The position numbers were made by a program, and so were the translations under genes. 39,503 nt of DNA from Octopus sinensis (Eukaryota), in contig NW_021835553.1 of assembly GCF_006345805.1 (NCBI RefSeq), positions 1-39,503 of the forward strand, given 5' to 3'. The notes under the pieces were generated by a model. It saw nothing but the letters and a program-made list of their open reading frames with translations. It was not told the origin of the DNA and ran no database searches. Below are positions 23,490-35,592 of the stretch, one piece after another. The first letter of the stretch is position 1. Every line of letters begins with the position of its first letter.

Positions 23490-24385
23490 CATATTCATGT
23501 TTGTAGATTCATACATGTGTATACATATCTACCAGATATTACAAAACATATTGCGCACTCACAAAAAACTGCACAAACAGGTTCACAGGCACACACACAA
23601 TCACACACACACGTACACATACAAATACACGCTCAATACAAATACGGATCAATTAAAAACTCACAAACACATAGTCACAGAAATACAAATACATAGTCAC
23701 ACAAAACTGCACGCGTCTGCACGCGTTCGGCTTAGTTAATTACACACGGTTGGCAATACCATCGAGTGTGTATAAGTGTGTGCTCTCAGCACGCCGCATT
23801 GTAAGACCCACTGCATGTATATAGCAAAGCCGAATTGTACAATGAATGTGTATGAGAGAGAGAGGGGGTAAAGAGAGAGAGTGTGTGTTTGTGTATGTGT
23901 GTGTCTAAATATGCATGCATGTATATTTGTACGTATTTTTGTATGCGTGTATGTATTTATGTATGTATAGCGTCCCTATGTTCTAAGTCAATTTAACCTT
24001 TGAATTATATTTGTCTACTGACCCTATTAGAAACCCCTTCTACAGATCATTGGCAAAGAAATGGGTATCGGGCATTCTACAGACACACACACACATACAC
24101 ACACTCATACACGCAGTCACATGCAAATACTCATGTTCGTATGTGTACATGTGTATATGTGTGTGTGTGTGAGTGTGAGTGTATGTGTTTGTGTGTGTGT
24201 GCTCAAATCCGCAGCAAACGCACACTTGCACAATATACGCGTACATACATGCATGCATATGCATGCTTACGTGCATATACGCATATATAAATGTGTGCAC
24301 ATACGTTATTTATGTGTGTGCGTATACATACATACATACATACAAACATGCATATATACATACATACATACACACACACATACAT

Positions 24386-24433
<48 letters not shown>

Positions 24434-24789
24434 TATATAATGGGGAAAACGTGCGCGTGCGTGCGTGCGTGCGTGCGTGCGTGTGTGTGTGTGTGTATAC
24501 ATGCATGCATACGTTTATGCGGGTATGCGCGTGTATGTACACGTGTCCGATTCGAGATTTTCGTCTTACAAATCGTTGCCTTAATCCGGTTTTGGATTTT
24601 CTCCACGCGCTACGCTCGTCCCCCCCCCTTAACCATCATCATCTCTATTTTTCCCTTTCCCTCCTCTTCTTCCAACCATTTTCACTCCTCATCATCATTA
24701 TCTTCATCGTCGTCGTCGCCATCGTCCAAAGATTCACACTTCCTTTACTACCATACTTCTAAATCTTCTTCATATCTAATTAGGAGCAA

Positions 24790-24830
24790 TACTACTACTA
24801 CTACTACTAATAATAATAATAATAATAATA

Positions 24831-24874
<44 letters not shown>

Positions 24875-24908
24875 TTATTATTATTACTATTATTATTATT
24901 ATTATTAT

Positions 24909-24963
<55 letters not shown>

Positions 24964-24980
24964 TGTTGTTGTTGTTATTA
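24790..24980. repeat. Compound (TAC)n(TAA)n(TTA)n(GTA)n(GTT)n tract
   Basis: Direct reading. Confidence 0.9.
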
Positions 24981-25540
24981 TTGCTGTTATTCTTGGAACT
25001 GTTTTTAAACATCGAGCCACGGTTTTATTCCGCAAGTTTGTTCAATTTGTTGTCGATTTTTACATTTTGGAGTCATTTCATTTTTTCCCCTTCAATGTTT
25101 CCTGTCTTGTTGCTAACCTGACCAACTGTGCAATGTACTCTTCATTTCACAACTCTTTCATTTTCAGTCTATTTTTTTTCTTATGCACAATAAAAAGAGA
25201 AGGGCGAAATGCAACAACAGAGAGGTGGCTGTGTAACGTGAGCACTTCTTTTTCAGTTAGGTAACAGGAAAAGAAATTTGCAATTTAGCCAGACACATTT
25301 GAATAACTTATGGCAATGACGGTGGTATTACAACCGCCATCAGCCGTAATATGGTCAGCACTACGGCAATCAACACCAGCTTCAGCGATGATGAAGGTTG
25401 TTGTAACGACTTTGGGATCACCAAAGTAGTAGAAGTTTTGCAATGAAAAACAGTTGACACTACCTCTACTGTTGACTAGCGTCACTACTGCTGCCATAAT
25501 TACAACTATTGTATCCACCGACACCAGCTTCAGCAGCAGT

Positions 25541-25910
25541 GGAGGCGCAATGGCCCAATGGTTAGGGCAGTGAACACGCGGTTGGAGGATCGCGGTTTCG
25601 ATTCCCAGACCGGGCGTTGTGTGTGTTTATTGAGCGAAAACACCCAAAGCTCCACGAGGCTCCGGCAGGGGTTGGTGCCGACCCCTGTTGTAGTCTTTCT
25701 CTCCAACTTTCTCTCACTCTTTCTTCCTGTTTCTCGTCTCCGACTTCCTACGCAACCGCTGAGCCTGGATGCGCATTCATCCATCCGTCGATACTCTTAG
25801 TGTCGGGGGTTGACCTGCTTTCTCTTCTGCGGGTCTTACAAATAGCAAAGGACCACGTTTCGGACTTCTCCCATCTTGTGAGCTCTGGGACGAAGACCGT
25901 TCGCTCAACA
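25541..25910 (+). mobile_element. Full-length family C SINE with tRNA(Arg)-like head
   Basis: GGAGGCGCAATGGCCCAATGGTTAGGGCAG...GGTTTCGATTCCC (A/B boxes), ends GGGACGAAGACCGTTCGCTCAAC followed by a CAG/CAA tail; possibly related to the known octopus tRNA(Arg)-derived SINEs (inference). Confidence 0.9.
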
Positions 25911-25996
25911 GCAACAGCAACAGCAGCACCAACAGCAATAGTAGCAGCAAAAACACCACATTTTTGCTAATACCGCCTAACTAATCTGCGAACTAA

Positions 25997-26347
25997 TGAG
26001 CGAAGTGGTCTTCGTTGGAGAAGTCCGAAACGTGGTCCTTTGCTATTCGTAAGACCCGCTGAAGAGAAAGCAGGTCAACCACCGACACCGAGAGCTTCGA
26101 CGGATGGATGAATGCGCATCCAGGCTCAGTGGTTGCGTAGGAAGTCGGGGACAAGAAACAGGAAGAAAGAGTGAGAGAAAGTTGGGACGAAAGAGTACAA
26201 CAGGGATCGCCACCACCCCCTGCCGGAGCCGCGTGGAGCTTTAGGTGTTTTCGCTCAATAAACACACACAGCGCCCGGTCTGGGAATCGAAACCGCGATC
26301 CTCCGACCGCGAGTCCGCTGCCCTAACCATTGGGCCATTGCGCCTCC
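25997..26347 (-). mobile_element. Near full-length family C SINE, inverted relative to 25541-25910
   Basis: Reverse complement of the preceding copy with a short deletion near the 3' end. Confidence 0.9.
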
Positions 26348-26945
26348 ACTGCTGTTGGTTTTGCTGCTGCTCCTTCTGTTGTAGCTGACTACATTGGTGC
26401 ACTTGTTGGTGGCGTTATTGTAGCCAGCAAATGTAGTGGTTCATGAGATGGTTGTATTATTGTTAAAAAGATTTTAACCTTTGAAAACTCAGACGTATAA
26501 TCATCTTCTTTTTCGACTTTCCTCATAATTCATTGAGCAAGGCCTATTTTCACATCTCTCATGGAATCGTTTTCTTTTTCTTTGAGTTAGTCCAAGTTAT
26601 GTCACTTCTTTTGATCAACAATGTTTGCAAATTAGGAATGTTATTGTTGTTGTGTTTCGAGTTGTTGGCAATGGTTTCGTCCTTATTTATTCCATACTAT
26701 TTATTCCATTCATATTAATCTCTCAAACTCTTCTTTTCTTTCTTTTTTCTTTGCCTTCCATTTATACAGTTGTTTTTCTGCTTGTATGATTGATATTTTA
26801 TCATCTTTGCGATCATCACTTGCCTAGACAGGGCGCTAGAATTTTGTTCGCGGGACTTCTCAATTATTAAAACGAATCCACCCCAACTGTCTAATTTGTA
26901 CGTACAATTATGTGTATACTATATACATATAGGTATCCCCGTATA

Positions 26946-27013
<68 letters not shown>

Positions 27014-27169
27014 ATAATATATATACATATATATATGAAAAAATGAACAGAAATGGTATTTCTGATAATTTTTCTGATAATATAAAAGTGTCATTTTAAT
27101 GAGGTGACATTTTTATAAACTGATAAACATCCAATTATTAAAGTGGAAAAATTTTCAGAAAACCCATTG

Positions 27170-27214
<45 letters not shown>

Positions 27215-27239
27215 GTGTGTGTGTGTGTGTGTGTGTGGA

Positions 27240-27312
27240 CCGGAGCAACGTGAAATAAAGTGTTTTGCTAAAGAACACTATGTGCAGCTAGTCTAGGAAT
27301 CGAAACCACGAT
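27240..27312 (-). mobile_element. Family D SINE head fragment
   Basis: Minus strand GATCGTGGTTTCGATTCCTAG...CAAAACACTTTATTTCACGTTGCTCCG resembles 8600-8690. Confidence 0.55.
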
Positions 27313-27342
27313 CTCATACACAAACATGTGTCTGTGGGTGTG

Positions 27343-27594
27343 TATCTTTTATCTTTTACTTGTGTCAGTCATTTGGCTGGGTCCATACTGGTGCACCACA
27401 TTTAAGGATTTTAGTCGAAGAAATCTACCCAAAGTCTTATTGTTTGTAAAATCGAATACTTATTCTGTAGGCTCTTTTTGCCGAACTGATTAGTTACGGG
27501 AACGTAAACACACCAACAACGTTTGTCAAGCGGTGGTAGAGGACAAACACAGACATAAACACACACATACACACACACACATAAACACACACAG

Positions 27595-27627
<33 letters not shown>

Positions 27628-27773
27628 TATACAAAACGGGCTTCAGTCAATTTCCGTCAGCCAAATCCACTCACAAGGTTTTGGTCGGCGTCTCGAAGAC
27701 AAGGTGCCACGCAGTGGGACTGAAACCGGAACCATGTGGTTGAAAAGCAAGCTTCTTATCACACAGCCACGTC
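27343..27773 (-). mobile_element. Bipartite SINE family B, diverged
   Basis: Same two modules around an internal (CA)n tract. Confidence 0.85.
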
Positions 27774-27876
27774 TTTATATATATATATATATATATATGT
27801 ATACACACACATACATACATATGTATATATATGTGTGTGTGTATACATACATAAATACATTCATATATATATATAC

Positions 27877-27958
<82 letters not shown>

Positions 27959-28139
27959 CATACACACACATATATACGAATGCACAAGTAAACATGCATA
28001 CAAGTACTTATACATATACTTATACCGCATAAGCACACACACATACCAAAATACGATTTGAACAGACGCTAGCAATTCAGAATGTGTGCGCACATACCAA
28101 ATCACAATTACACGTACACATATGCGCGCTCATTACGTG

Positions 28140-28176
<37 letters not shown>

Positions 28177-28601
28177 ACACACATACACAACGTACATGCA
28201 CACAGACACAGATACGAGCGTTCCCTATCGTCTCTTCCCTATCGTCTGCCTCCTGCTATCATGGTGGTTATGACCTCGTTATGGCGAAAAGAGGCGGAAA
28301 TGGAAGCAATTTTATGCAGATTTAAAGAGATAAAGACAACGTTTTCTGTTGATTGTATTGTGTCTCGGTTTCCTTCGCTGTTTTGATTTCTTCCTCTGTA
28401 TATTTGTCTTGAATTATCCCACCCTCTCAACACCTCCCGTTCGAAAGTCTGTTTATATACGATCATATATGTTGTAATTGTTTTCTGGAATTTACTTGGA
28501 AGCTCAGAGGTGGTTCTTTTAAAACAATATGACTGTTTCGATAAGAGTATATATACATACACATATATGTGTGCGTGTGTGTGCATGTTCGTGTGTGTGT
28601 G

Positions 28602-28640
<39 letters not shown>

Positions 28641-28764
28641 GTACGGTCATATGATTTACAGTAGATCAGAAGTTCAATTCCTGTAGACAATATTACGTTG
28701 TTTTCGTCTTCTGTATTAGATATATATAATATCATATCTTAATATTATATATATATATATATAT

Positions 28765-28920
28765 AGGGAGAGTTTACGAAAAAAACAAAAGACGAAGACA
28801 TGTGGTGTACAAAACAAACTGATGTATTAGTATAACGCTCGGGAATAGAAAATGTCTTTTATGTTTCGAGCCTTCGCTCTTCTACAGAAAGGGACACAGA
28901 AAAAAAACAAGGAGAGAAAA
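28765..28920 (-). mobile_element. Family F repeat (putative Penelope-like terminal remnant), copy 3
   Basis: (TA)n-AGGGAGAGTTTACG...GGAGAGAAAA, matches 10075-10228. Confidence 0.7.
28854..28893 (-). ncRNA. Hammerhead-like motif copy 3 (CUGUAGA core; stem III palindrome broken)
   Basis: Minus strand CC-CTTT-CTGTAGA-A-GAGC-GAAG-GCTC-GAA-ACAT-A-AAAG-AC. Confidence 0.4.
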
Positions 28921-29275
28921 AATGTGCGTAGTGGCTAACGATCTATCATGGCGATATATATACATATATATATATATATCTTTGTTGACAAGCCTCTGAA
29001 ACGAGGGGTACGAGCTTGTTAGTTTAAGGGTTCTAACTTGAAATTTTGAGCTTGTACTATCACCTTCATGTAGTAGTTTGATAACTACTACACAGTTTAC
29101 GGAAGATGTGATGTTCGAATCTTGTAGATAATACCAATTTTCTGCCTTGTCATGCATATAAAAACATGTATGTATGTATGTATGTATGTATGTATGTATG
29201 TATGTATGTATGCATGCATGCGTATTTGCTCGCATAAATGCATACATGAAACATTATTAATTCAAAACTTATGTT

Positions 29276-29668
29276 GGTGAGCTGGCAGAAACGTTAGCAC
29301 GCCGGGCGAAATGCTCAGCGCTATTTCGTCTGCCGTTACGTTCTGAGTTCAAATTCCGCCGAAGTCGACTTTGCCTTTCATCCTTTCGGGGTCGATTAAA
29401 TAAGTACCAGTTACGCACTGGGGTCGATGTAATCGACTTAATCCGTTTGTCTGTCCTTGTTTGTCCTCTCTGTGTTTAGCCCCTTGTGGGTAGTAAAGAA
29501 ATGGGTATTTTGTCCTTCTTTATCTTCTGAGTTCAGATTCCGCTGAGGTCGACTTTGCCTTTCATCCTTTCGGGGTCGATAGAATAAGTACCACTTAGAC
29601 ATTTGGATCGATATAATCGAGTTACCACATCACCGAAATTGCTGGCCTTGTGCCATAATTTGAAACCG
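29276..29668 (+). mobile_element. Family A SINE: head, 184-bp unit, repeated core, tail
   Basis: GGTGAGCTGGCAGAAACGTTAGC head, B-box GTTCAAATTCC, core repeated at +184, tail TTGCTGGCCTTGTGCCATAATTTGAAACC. Confidence 0.9.
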
Positions 29669-30093
29669 TTATCAATTCAAAATTCTTAGTCAATTTGAAC
29701 TTATAATTGTCGTTCTTTTTGTTGTTCAATTTCTAATCAACCCAGATTGATCAAATCTATGATCAGAAGCTTTCCAACCATACCTACCACAAATTCTTTC
29801 CAAGCATCGTCTTTCTAGGACAACATTATTCACTTGTTATTACTCAGCATCAGATCATCACTGACCGGTCCATGAACAAAACAAATTCAAACTGAGATAA
29901 TCCTTCATTATATCGTGACAAATATTGCACTGCTAGGGACCACGTGATCCAGTCTCTACTTTCCTTTATTTAAACGGTAGAGATGTTATTTCAGAGATAT
30001 TTAACACAGCTATATCTAGCAAGTCCAGTGACCTCCTACAGACATACACCATTATTGTCAATTTGTTACTGATGTTGCTGTTGCTGTTTGTTT

Positions 30094-30467
30094 GTTGAGC
30101 GAAGCGGTCTTCGTCCCAGAGCTCGCAAGATAAGAGAAGTCCGAAACGTGGTCCTTTGCTATTCGTAAGACCCGCAGAAGAGAAAGCATGTCAACCCCCG
30201 ACACCGAGAGCATCGACGGATGGACGAATGCGCATCCAGGCTCAGCGGTTGCGTAGGAAGTCTGGGACAAGAAACAGGAAGACAGAGTGAGAGAAAGTTG
30301 GAGCGAATGACTACAACAGGGGTCGCCACCCCCACCCCCTGCCGGAGACTCGTGGAGCTTTAGGTGTTTTTCGCTCAATAAACACAAACAACGCCTGGTC
30401 TGGGAATCGAAACCGCGATCCTCCGACCGCGAGTCCGCTGCGCTAACCATTGGGCCATTGCGCCTCC
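30094..30467 (-). mobile_element. Full-length family C SINE
   Basis: Reverse complement of 25541-25910; embedded in GTT/GCT repeats. Confidence 0.9.
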
Positions 30468-31430
30468 ACTGTTGCTGGTGTTCTTCACGTATTGTTCCGA
30501 TTACTATTGTATCTAAAACCGTTCTCGTTGTCATAGCAGTTGTTATTGTTGCTATTGTTGTTGTCATCATTGTCTTCGTTATTCTTGTTGATGTAGCTAT
30601 CGCATGAGACATCCATAATGCTGTTGTTACTGTGATGAGACGATGTTGTGCTGCCGTTGTTGTTGTTGTTGTTGTTGTTGCTGTTATTAATAACGTTACT
30701 GCCGCTACTGCTTGAGGCATTGTTGTTGTTGTTGTTGTTGTTGTCGCTGCTGTCTTCATTTTTGTTATTTTAGCTGTTGTTACTCTTGGTATTATCACTA
30801 TTATTACAGACTATAATAAGATTATCGTTGCGAATGTTGTCAATGCTATCATTGCTGCTACTGTTGCTACTACTACTACTACTGGAAGTTCTCTTGTTAT
30901 TATTGATGGTGTTGTTGTTGTTGCTACTGCTGTTGCTATTGTCCTTCTTTTTGCTCTTTTAGCCGTAAGTATTTTTTGTGTCTCGGTTGCCTTTTCCATG
31001 ATTGCTATTCACGTTACAACTCCCATTGTTGTTGTCCTGTAAAGCTATTATTGTTATGGCAGTTAGACACATTGTATTAGTAGTTGTTGTTATTGTAATA
31101 GGTGCCGTTATCATCGTTGTTGCTCTTACTTTGTGTAGTCTTATTTCAAGATTCTACCGTCCACGCTTTAATAGAGTTAAACTGTCATTAAATAACATTT
31201 AGCTAAGCACACCACTTCAGCATTGTCTGACTCTCTGAACCCCACTCCTCCGCCCTCTCCCTGCCAGTATTTATTTTTGTCTAATTCTATTCGGTCAACT
31301 CCCTCACACTCTCTATCGCCATGTGAATCTAATTGATGTCTTAACCTCTTTTTTCTCATTGTCCTTTGGATCGTTCCATATTTTCTCGTCTATGTAATTC
31401 AATTTCATCGGTTCATTTATACTCTGTTAA

Positions 31431-31494
<64 letters not shown>

Positions 31495-31540
31495 GTCTGT
31501 CTGCCTATCTATCTGTCTATCTATCTTTCTGTCTGTCTGA

Positions 31541-31600
<60 letters not shown>
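31431..31600. repeat. (TATC)n microsatellite with (TGTC) interruptions
   Basis: Direct reading. Confidence 0.9.
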
Positions 31601-31629
<29 letters not shown>

Positions 31630-32043
31630 CGTGTGTGTGTGTATGTGTGTGTGTGGTGTGTGTGTATCTGCATGTCTGCCTGTCTGCCAATCTGTCTGTC
31701 TGCGTATCTTTCTGTCTATCAATTTATCTCCCTTTCTGTGTGTTTGTGTGCAAGTGTCCATGTATATATGTATGCATGCATGAACTTATATTCGTGTATA
31801 CACACAGGTACGCGCGCGCGCACACACACATGCGTATGCATGTATACATGTGCAGATAAACATATGTAAACATACAGTTATTATGCAGAAGCAGTACGTG
31901 GACACATAGACACAAGCAGAATATCATATAAACATACTCGGTGGTGTAGGAACACATATGCATACGCACTGATACATTAACTCACACATACACACACATG
32001 CTGTCACGTGCATAGAGTCGAAGATAAATACATATTGAGACAA

Positions 32044-32044
<1 letters not shown>

Positions 32045-32075
<31 letters not shown>

Positions 32076-32235
32076 GTGTGTGTGTGTACGTATGTATGCA
32101 TGTATGTATGCATGTATGTATTCATGTATATATGAATGTATGTATGTATGTATGTGTGTATGTATGTATGTATGTATGTATGTGTGTATGTATGCATGTC
32201 TGTCTGTATGTATGTATGTATGTATGTATGCATGT
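32045..32235. repeat. (TATG)n microsatellite
   Basis: Direct reading. Confidence 0.9.
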
Positions 32236-32243
32236 AGGTATTA

Positions 32244-33273
32244 GCGAACCGCTTATTCATTTTATCGATCTTGTTGTGTGAACCTCTAAGTCATTTTATC
32301 GATCTTATTTGGCGAACCGCTAGGTCATTTTAACGACCTCTTTCGGGGAAACGCTACGTCATTTTATCAATCTCGTTTGGCGAACAGCTAAGTCATTTTA
32401 TCAATCTCGTTTAGAGAAACGCTACGTCATTTTATCGATGTACTTTGGCGAACCGCTAGGTCATTTTATCGATCTCGTGGGTCGAACCGGTACGTCATTT
32501 TATCGATCTTGTTTGTTGAATTGCTAAGTCATTTTATCGATCTCGATTGGCGAACCGCATATTCATTTTATCGATCTTGTTGTGCGAACCTCTAAGTCAT
32601 TTTATCGATCTTATTTGGCGAACCGCTACGTCATTTTAACGATCTTTCGGGGAAACGCTAAGTCATTTTATCGATCTCGTTTGGCGAACCGCTACGTCAT
32701 TTTACCGGTCTCGTTTGGTTAACCGCTAAATCATTTTATCGGTCTCGTTTGTCGAACCGGTACGTCATTTTATCGATCTCGTTTGACGAACCGCTAAGTC
32801 ATTTTATCGATCTCATTTGACGAACCGCTAATTCATTTTATCAATCTCGTTTGATGAACAGCTAAGTCATTTTATCGATCTCGTTTGTTGAATCGCTACG
32901 TCATTTTATCGATCTCGTTTGCCGAACCGCTAAGTCATTTTATCGATCTCGTTAGGGAAACGCTAAGTCATTTTATCGATGTTATTTGGTGTATCGCTAA
33001 GTCATTTTATCGATCTCGTTTGTCGAACGGCTACGTCATTTTATCGATCTCGTTTGGCGAATCGCTAATTCATTTTATCGATCTTATTTGGCGAACCGCT
33101 AACTCATTTTATTGAATACTTTTGGCGATCCGCGAAGTCATTTTATCGATCTCGTTTGACGAACAGCTAATTCATTTTATCGATCTTGTTTGACGAACCG
33201 CTAAGTCATTTTATTGATCTCGTTTGGTGATACTCTACTTCATTTTATCGAACTTGTTTGTCGAACCGCTAAG
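32244..33273 (+). repeat. 34-bp minisatellite, ~30 diverged copies
   Basis: Consensus GCGAACCGCTAAGTCATTTTATCGATCTCGTTTG, contiguous with a 34-bp period and no spacers. Confidence 0.95.
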
Positions 33274-33277
33274 CAGT

Positions 33278-33410
33278 TTTCGACCAAACTTCCCGGAAGT
33301 TACAAAATACACGGAACTTCCCAGGCAGATTTCGACCGAAATTCCCTGAAGTTAGAAAATCCTCGGAACTTCCCAGGAAGTTTTCGACCAAATTTACACG
33401 GAGTTTCCAA
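33278..33410 (+). repeat. 52-bp tandem repeat, ~2.5 copies
   Basis: TTTCGACC at 33278, 33330 and 33382; shared TTCCC.GAAGTT and CGGAACTTCCCAGG motifs. Confidence 0.8.
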
Positions 33411-34603
33411 CGACCCAATTTCAATTAAAAGTGTCGGCATTGATAAAGACACCCAATAATCCAGTAGGATTGAACGAGAGATATCATTATAGTGAATTGC
33501 ACTTCTTAGCGACGTCTCTACATGGATCCAGAACCACGTACTCGTTTATGCTTAAGGCATGCAATGTCCTCAGGCAGAACCAGCGTAACACAAACTGGAC
33601 TCCCGCAGTTTCCGTCTACACAGTTTTCCATCCAAGATTTGAATCAGTCAACGTGAGGAAGTTGTAGAAGTACGCTGGCCCAAAGAGCCGCAAAGTGATA
33701 TCACGGAGGAAATTTCAGGATTACCGAGCGAACACCTTAAAAGACCTTAACGATTCTATCTCATCTTCACTCTACACACACGGGCGCGCGCATACACAAA
33801 CATACAAAAAGTCACACACACAGAGGAACACAAACATAGACATGGATATATGCACACACACCCGGGTACACACGCTAAGAACCGTTCACAATATCAATAA
33901 CGCCACCGTCTTCATATTCTACTTGTCTCATGCAATGCACTTGTCTTTCGCCATGCGTTTAACAACATCCTTATTTAACTTCTCTCTTACTTTTGCTTAG
34001 TTACACATTGGATGGCTTATCAGTCTGCGTGTCAGGAATACCCAGCCTCGATAGCAATTATCCATCCTAATGCACACACACACACACACACACACACACG
34101 TACGGACCTAATTATCACTAAAATTAACCCCCTCCCACATTTCCACCTATGACAAGCATCATTATCGCAACCACTTGATTAAGACATTTTCTATCCTTCC
34201 TTCAATTCTGTCTCACTCTTTCCCTCTTTCACACACGCTATATACGCGCACGCGTGCATACACACATACACACTCACACTCGCACACACACACACATACT
34301 CACACACACTCACACACGCGCGTACACTCATATACACCCACACACACACACTCTTTTTTTATCCACATATATCTCTATATATATTTAGGGTAAACACCTG
34401 TCTGCTGTGGGCATTGTTGTACTCTTCGAATGCAGAAACGATGTCTCATCAGACAGTGAGTCAGCTCTATATGTACTTCGGGGCCTTGTCCTGATGCTAA
34501 GCGACAAAACCACCGCACAACACTATGATTTTGGTTGAGTCAGATTTTGCCACTCTGGGCCAGATGTTTCTACCATCCTCAACGTTTGTTCTTGCTGCGC
34601 TAC

Positions 34604-34877
34604 TCATCTTTCACAGCTGCTACCGACAATTTTCTAGCGACATCTTTTCTCTCCATTCGCAGCTAGTACAAGACTCTTGAGCATCCAGTTCATCCTGGAT
34701 GCAACAAATTCTCTAACGCCTGTCACTACAGGAAGACGTATTTCCTCCCATCCGTTATTTTCACAGAGATCAACCAACTCATTGTATTTTCTGTTTGCTT
34801 CCCACAGAACTGTCATCTAAACCATCTTTTACCATCTTCCTTTCCTTGCACAACATGACAAGGTTGGATCTTTTGGT
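34604..34877 (-). mobile_element. Decayed non-LTR retrotransposon fragment: C-terminal restriction-like endonuclease region (HERO/NeSL-type clade by motif)
   Basis: With one frameshift and one stop it reads TKRSNLVMLCKERKMVK/MV*MTVLWEANRKYNELVDLCENNGWEEIRLPVVTGVREFVAS, matching the remembered RPD...ELTVPWE...KYxxL...GW...PVEVGxRGF pattern. Confidence 0.6.
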
Positions 34878-35025
34878 GGCAAAAAGTAGGAAGCAATATT
34901 TATAATCATTATAACAACCACTTCGCTCATCTTCTATCCTGTTTCTTCCTTTTCACGCTCATATTTTCTCTTTCACATATATACACAAGCACACACGCAC
35001 ATATATGTAGATATATGTATGTTAA

Positions 35026-35197
35026 GCGCAGGAGTGGCTGTGTGGTAAGTAGCTTGCTTACCAACCACATGGTTCCAGGTTCAGTCCCACTGCGTGGCAC
35101 CTTGGGCAAGTGTCTTCTACTATAGCCTCGGGCCGACCAAAGCCTTGGGAGTGGATTTGGTAGACGGAAACTGAAAGAAGCCCGTCGTATATATATG

Positions 35198-35229
<32 letters not shown>

Positions 35230-35478
35230 TGTATGTATGTATGTATGTATGTGTGTGTGTGTATATGTTTGTGTGTCTGTGTTTGTCCCCCCAACATCGC
35301 TTGACAACCGATGCTGGTGTGTTTACGTACGCGTAACTTAGCGGTTAGGCAAAAGAGACCGATAGAATAAGTATTAGGCTTTCAAAGGATAAGTCCTGGA
35401 GTCGATTTGCTCGACTAAAGGCAGTGCTCCAGCATGGCCGCAGTCAAATGACTGAAACAAGTAAAAGAGTAAAAGAGT
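35026..35478 (+). mobile_element. Bipartite SINE family B in sense orientation, full length
   Basis: Head GCGCAGGAGTGGCTGTGTGG...GGTTCAGTCCC, CORE-like CACCTTGGGCAAGTGTCTT, internal (TATG)n, 3' module and (GTAAAAGA)n tail. Confidence 0.9.
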
Positions 35479-35519
35479 ATATGTGTGTGTGTATGTATAT
35501 CTTATAATATATTATAATT

Positions 35520-35592
35520 ATATTACATTACATTATATTATATTATATTATATTATATTATATTATATTATATTATATTATATTATATTATA
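35520..35592. repeat. (TATTA)n pentanucleotide repeat
   Basis: Direct reading. Confidence 0.9.

Noticed and set aside
24061-25264. 361-aa and 233-aa ORFs
   Set aside because: Built from (CA)n, (GT)n and trinucleotide repeats with no domain-like sequence.
25541-25615. tRNA gene, and similar heads at 8579, 21030 and 35026
   Set aside because: A/B boxes are present but no complete cloverleaf is evident and each continues into a SINE body.
29070-29091. Perfect 9-bp hairpin GTAGTAGTT-TGAT-AACTACTAC
   Set aside because: Isolated and built from simple-repeat-like sequence; no supporting context.
30058-30798. 246-aa minus-strand ORF
   Set aside because: A GTT/GCT low-complexity tract fused to a family C SINE; the same peptide recurs at each SINE copy.
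32244-33273. CRISPR-like array
   Set aside because: Monomers are contiguous with no unique spacers, the context is eukaryotic and there are no cas genes; it is a minisatellite.
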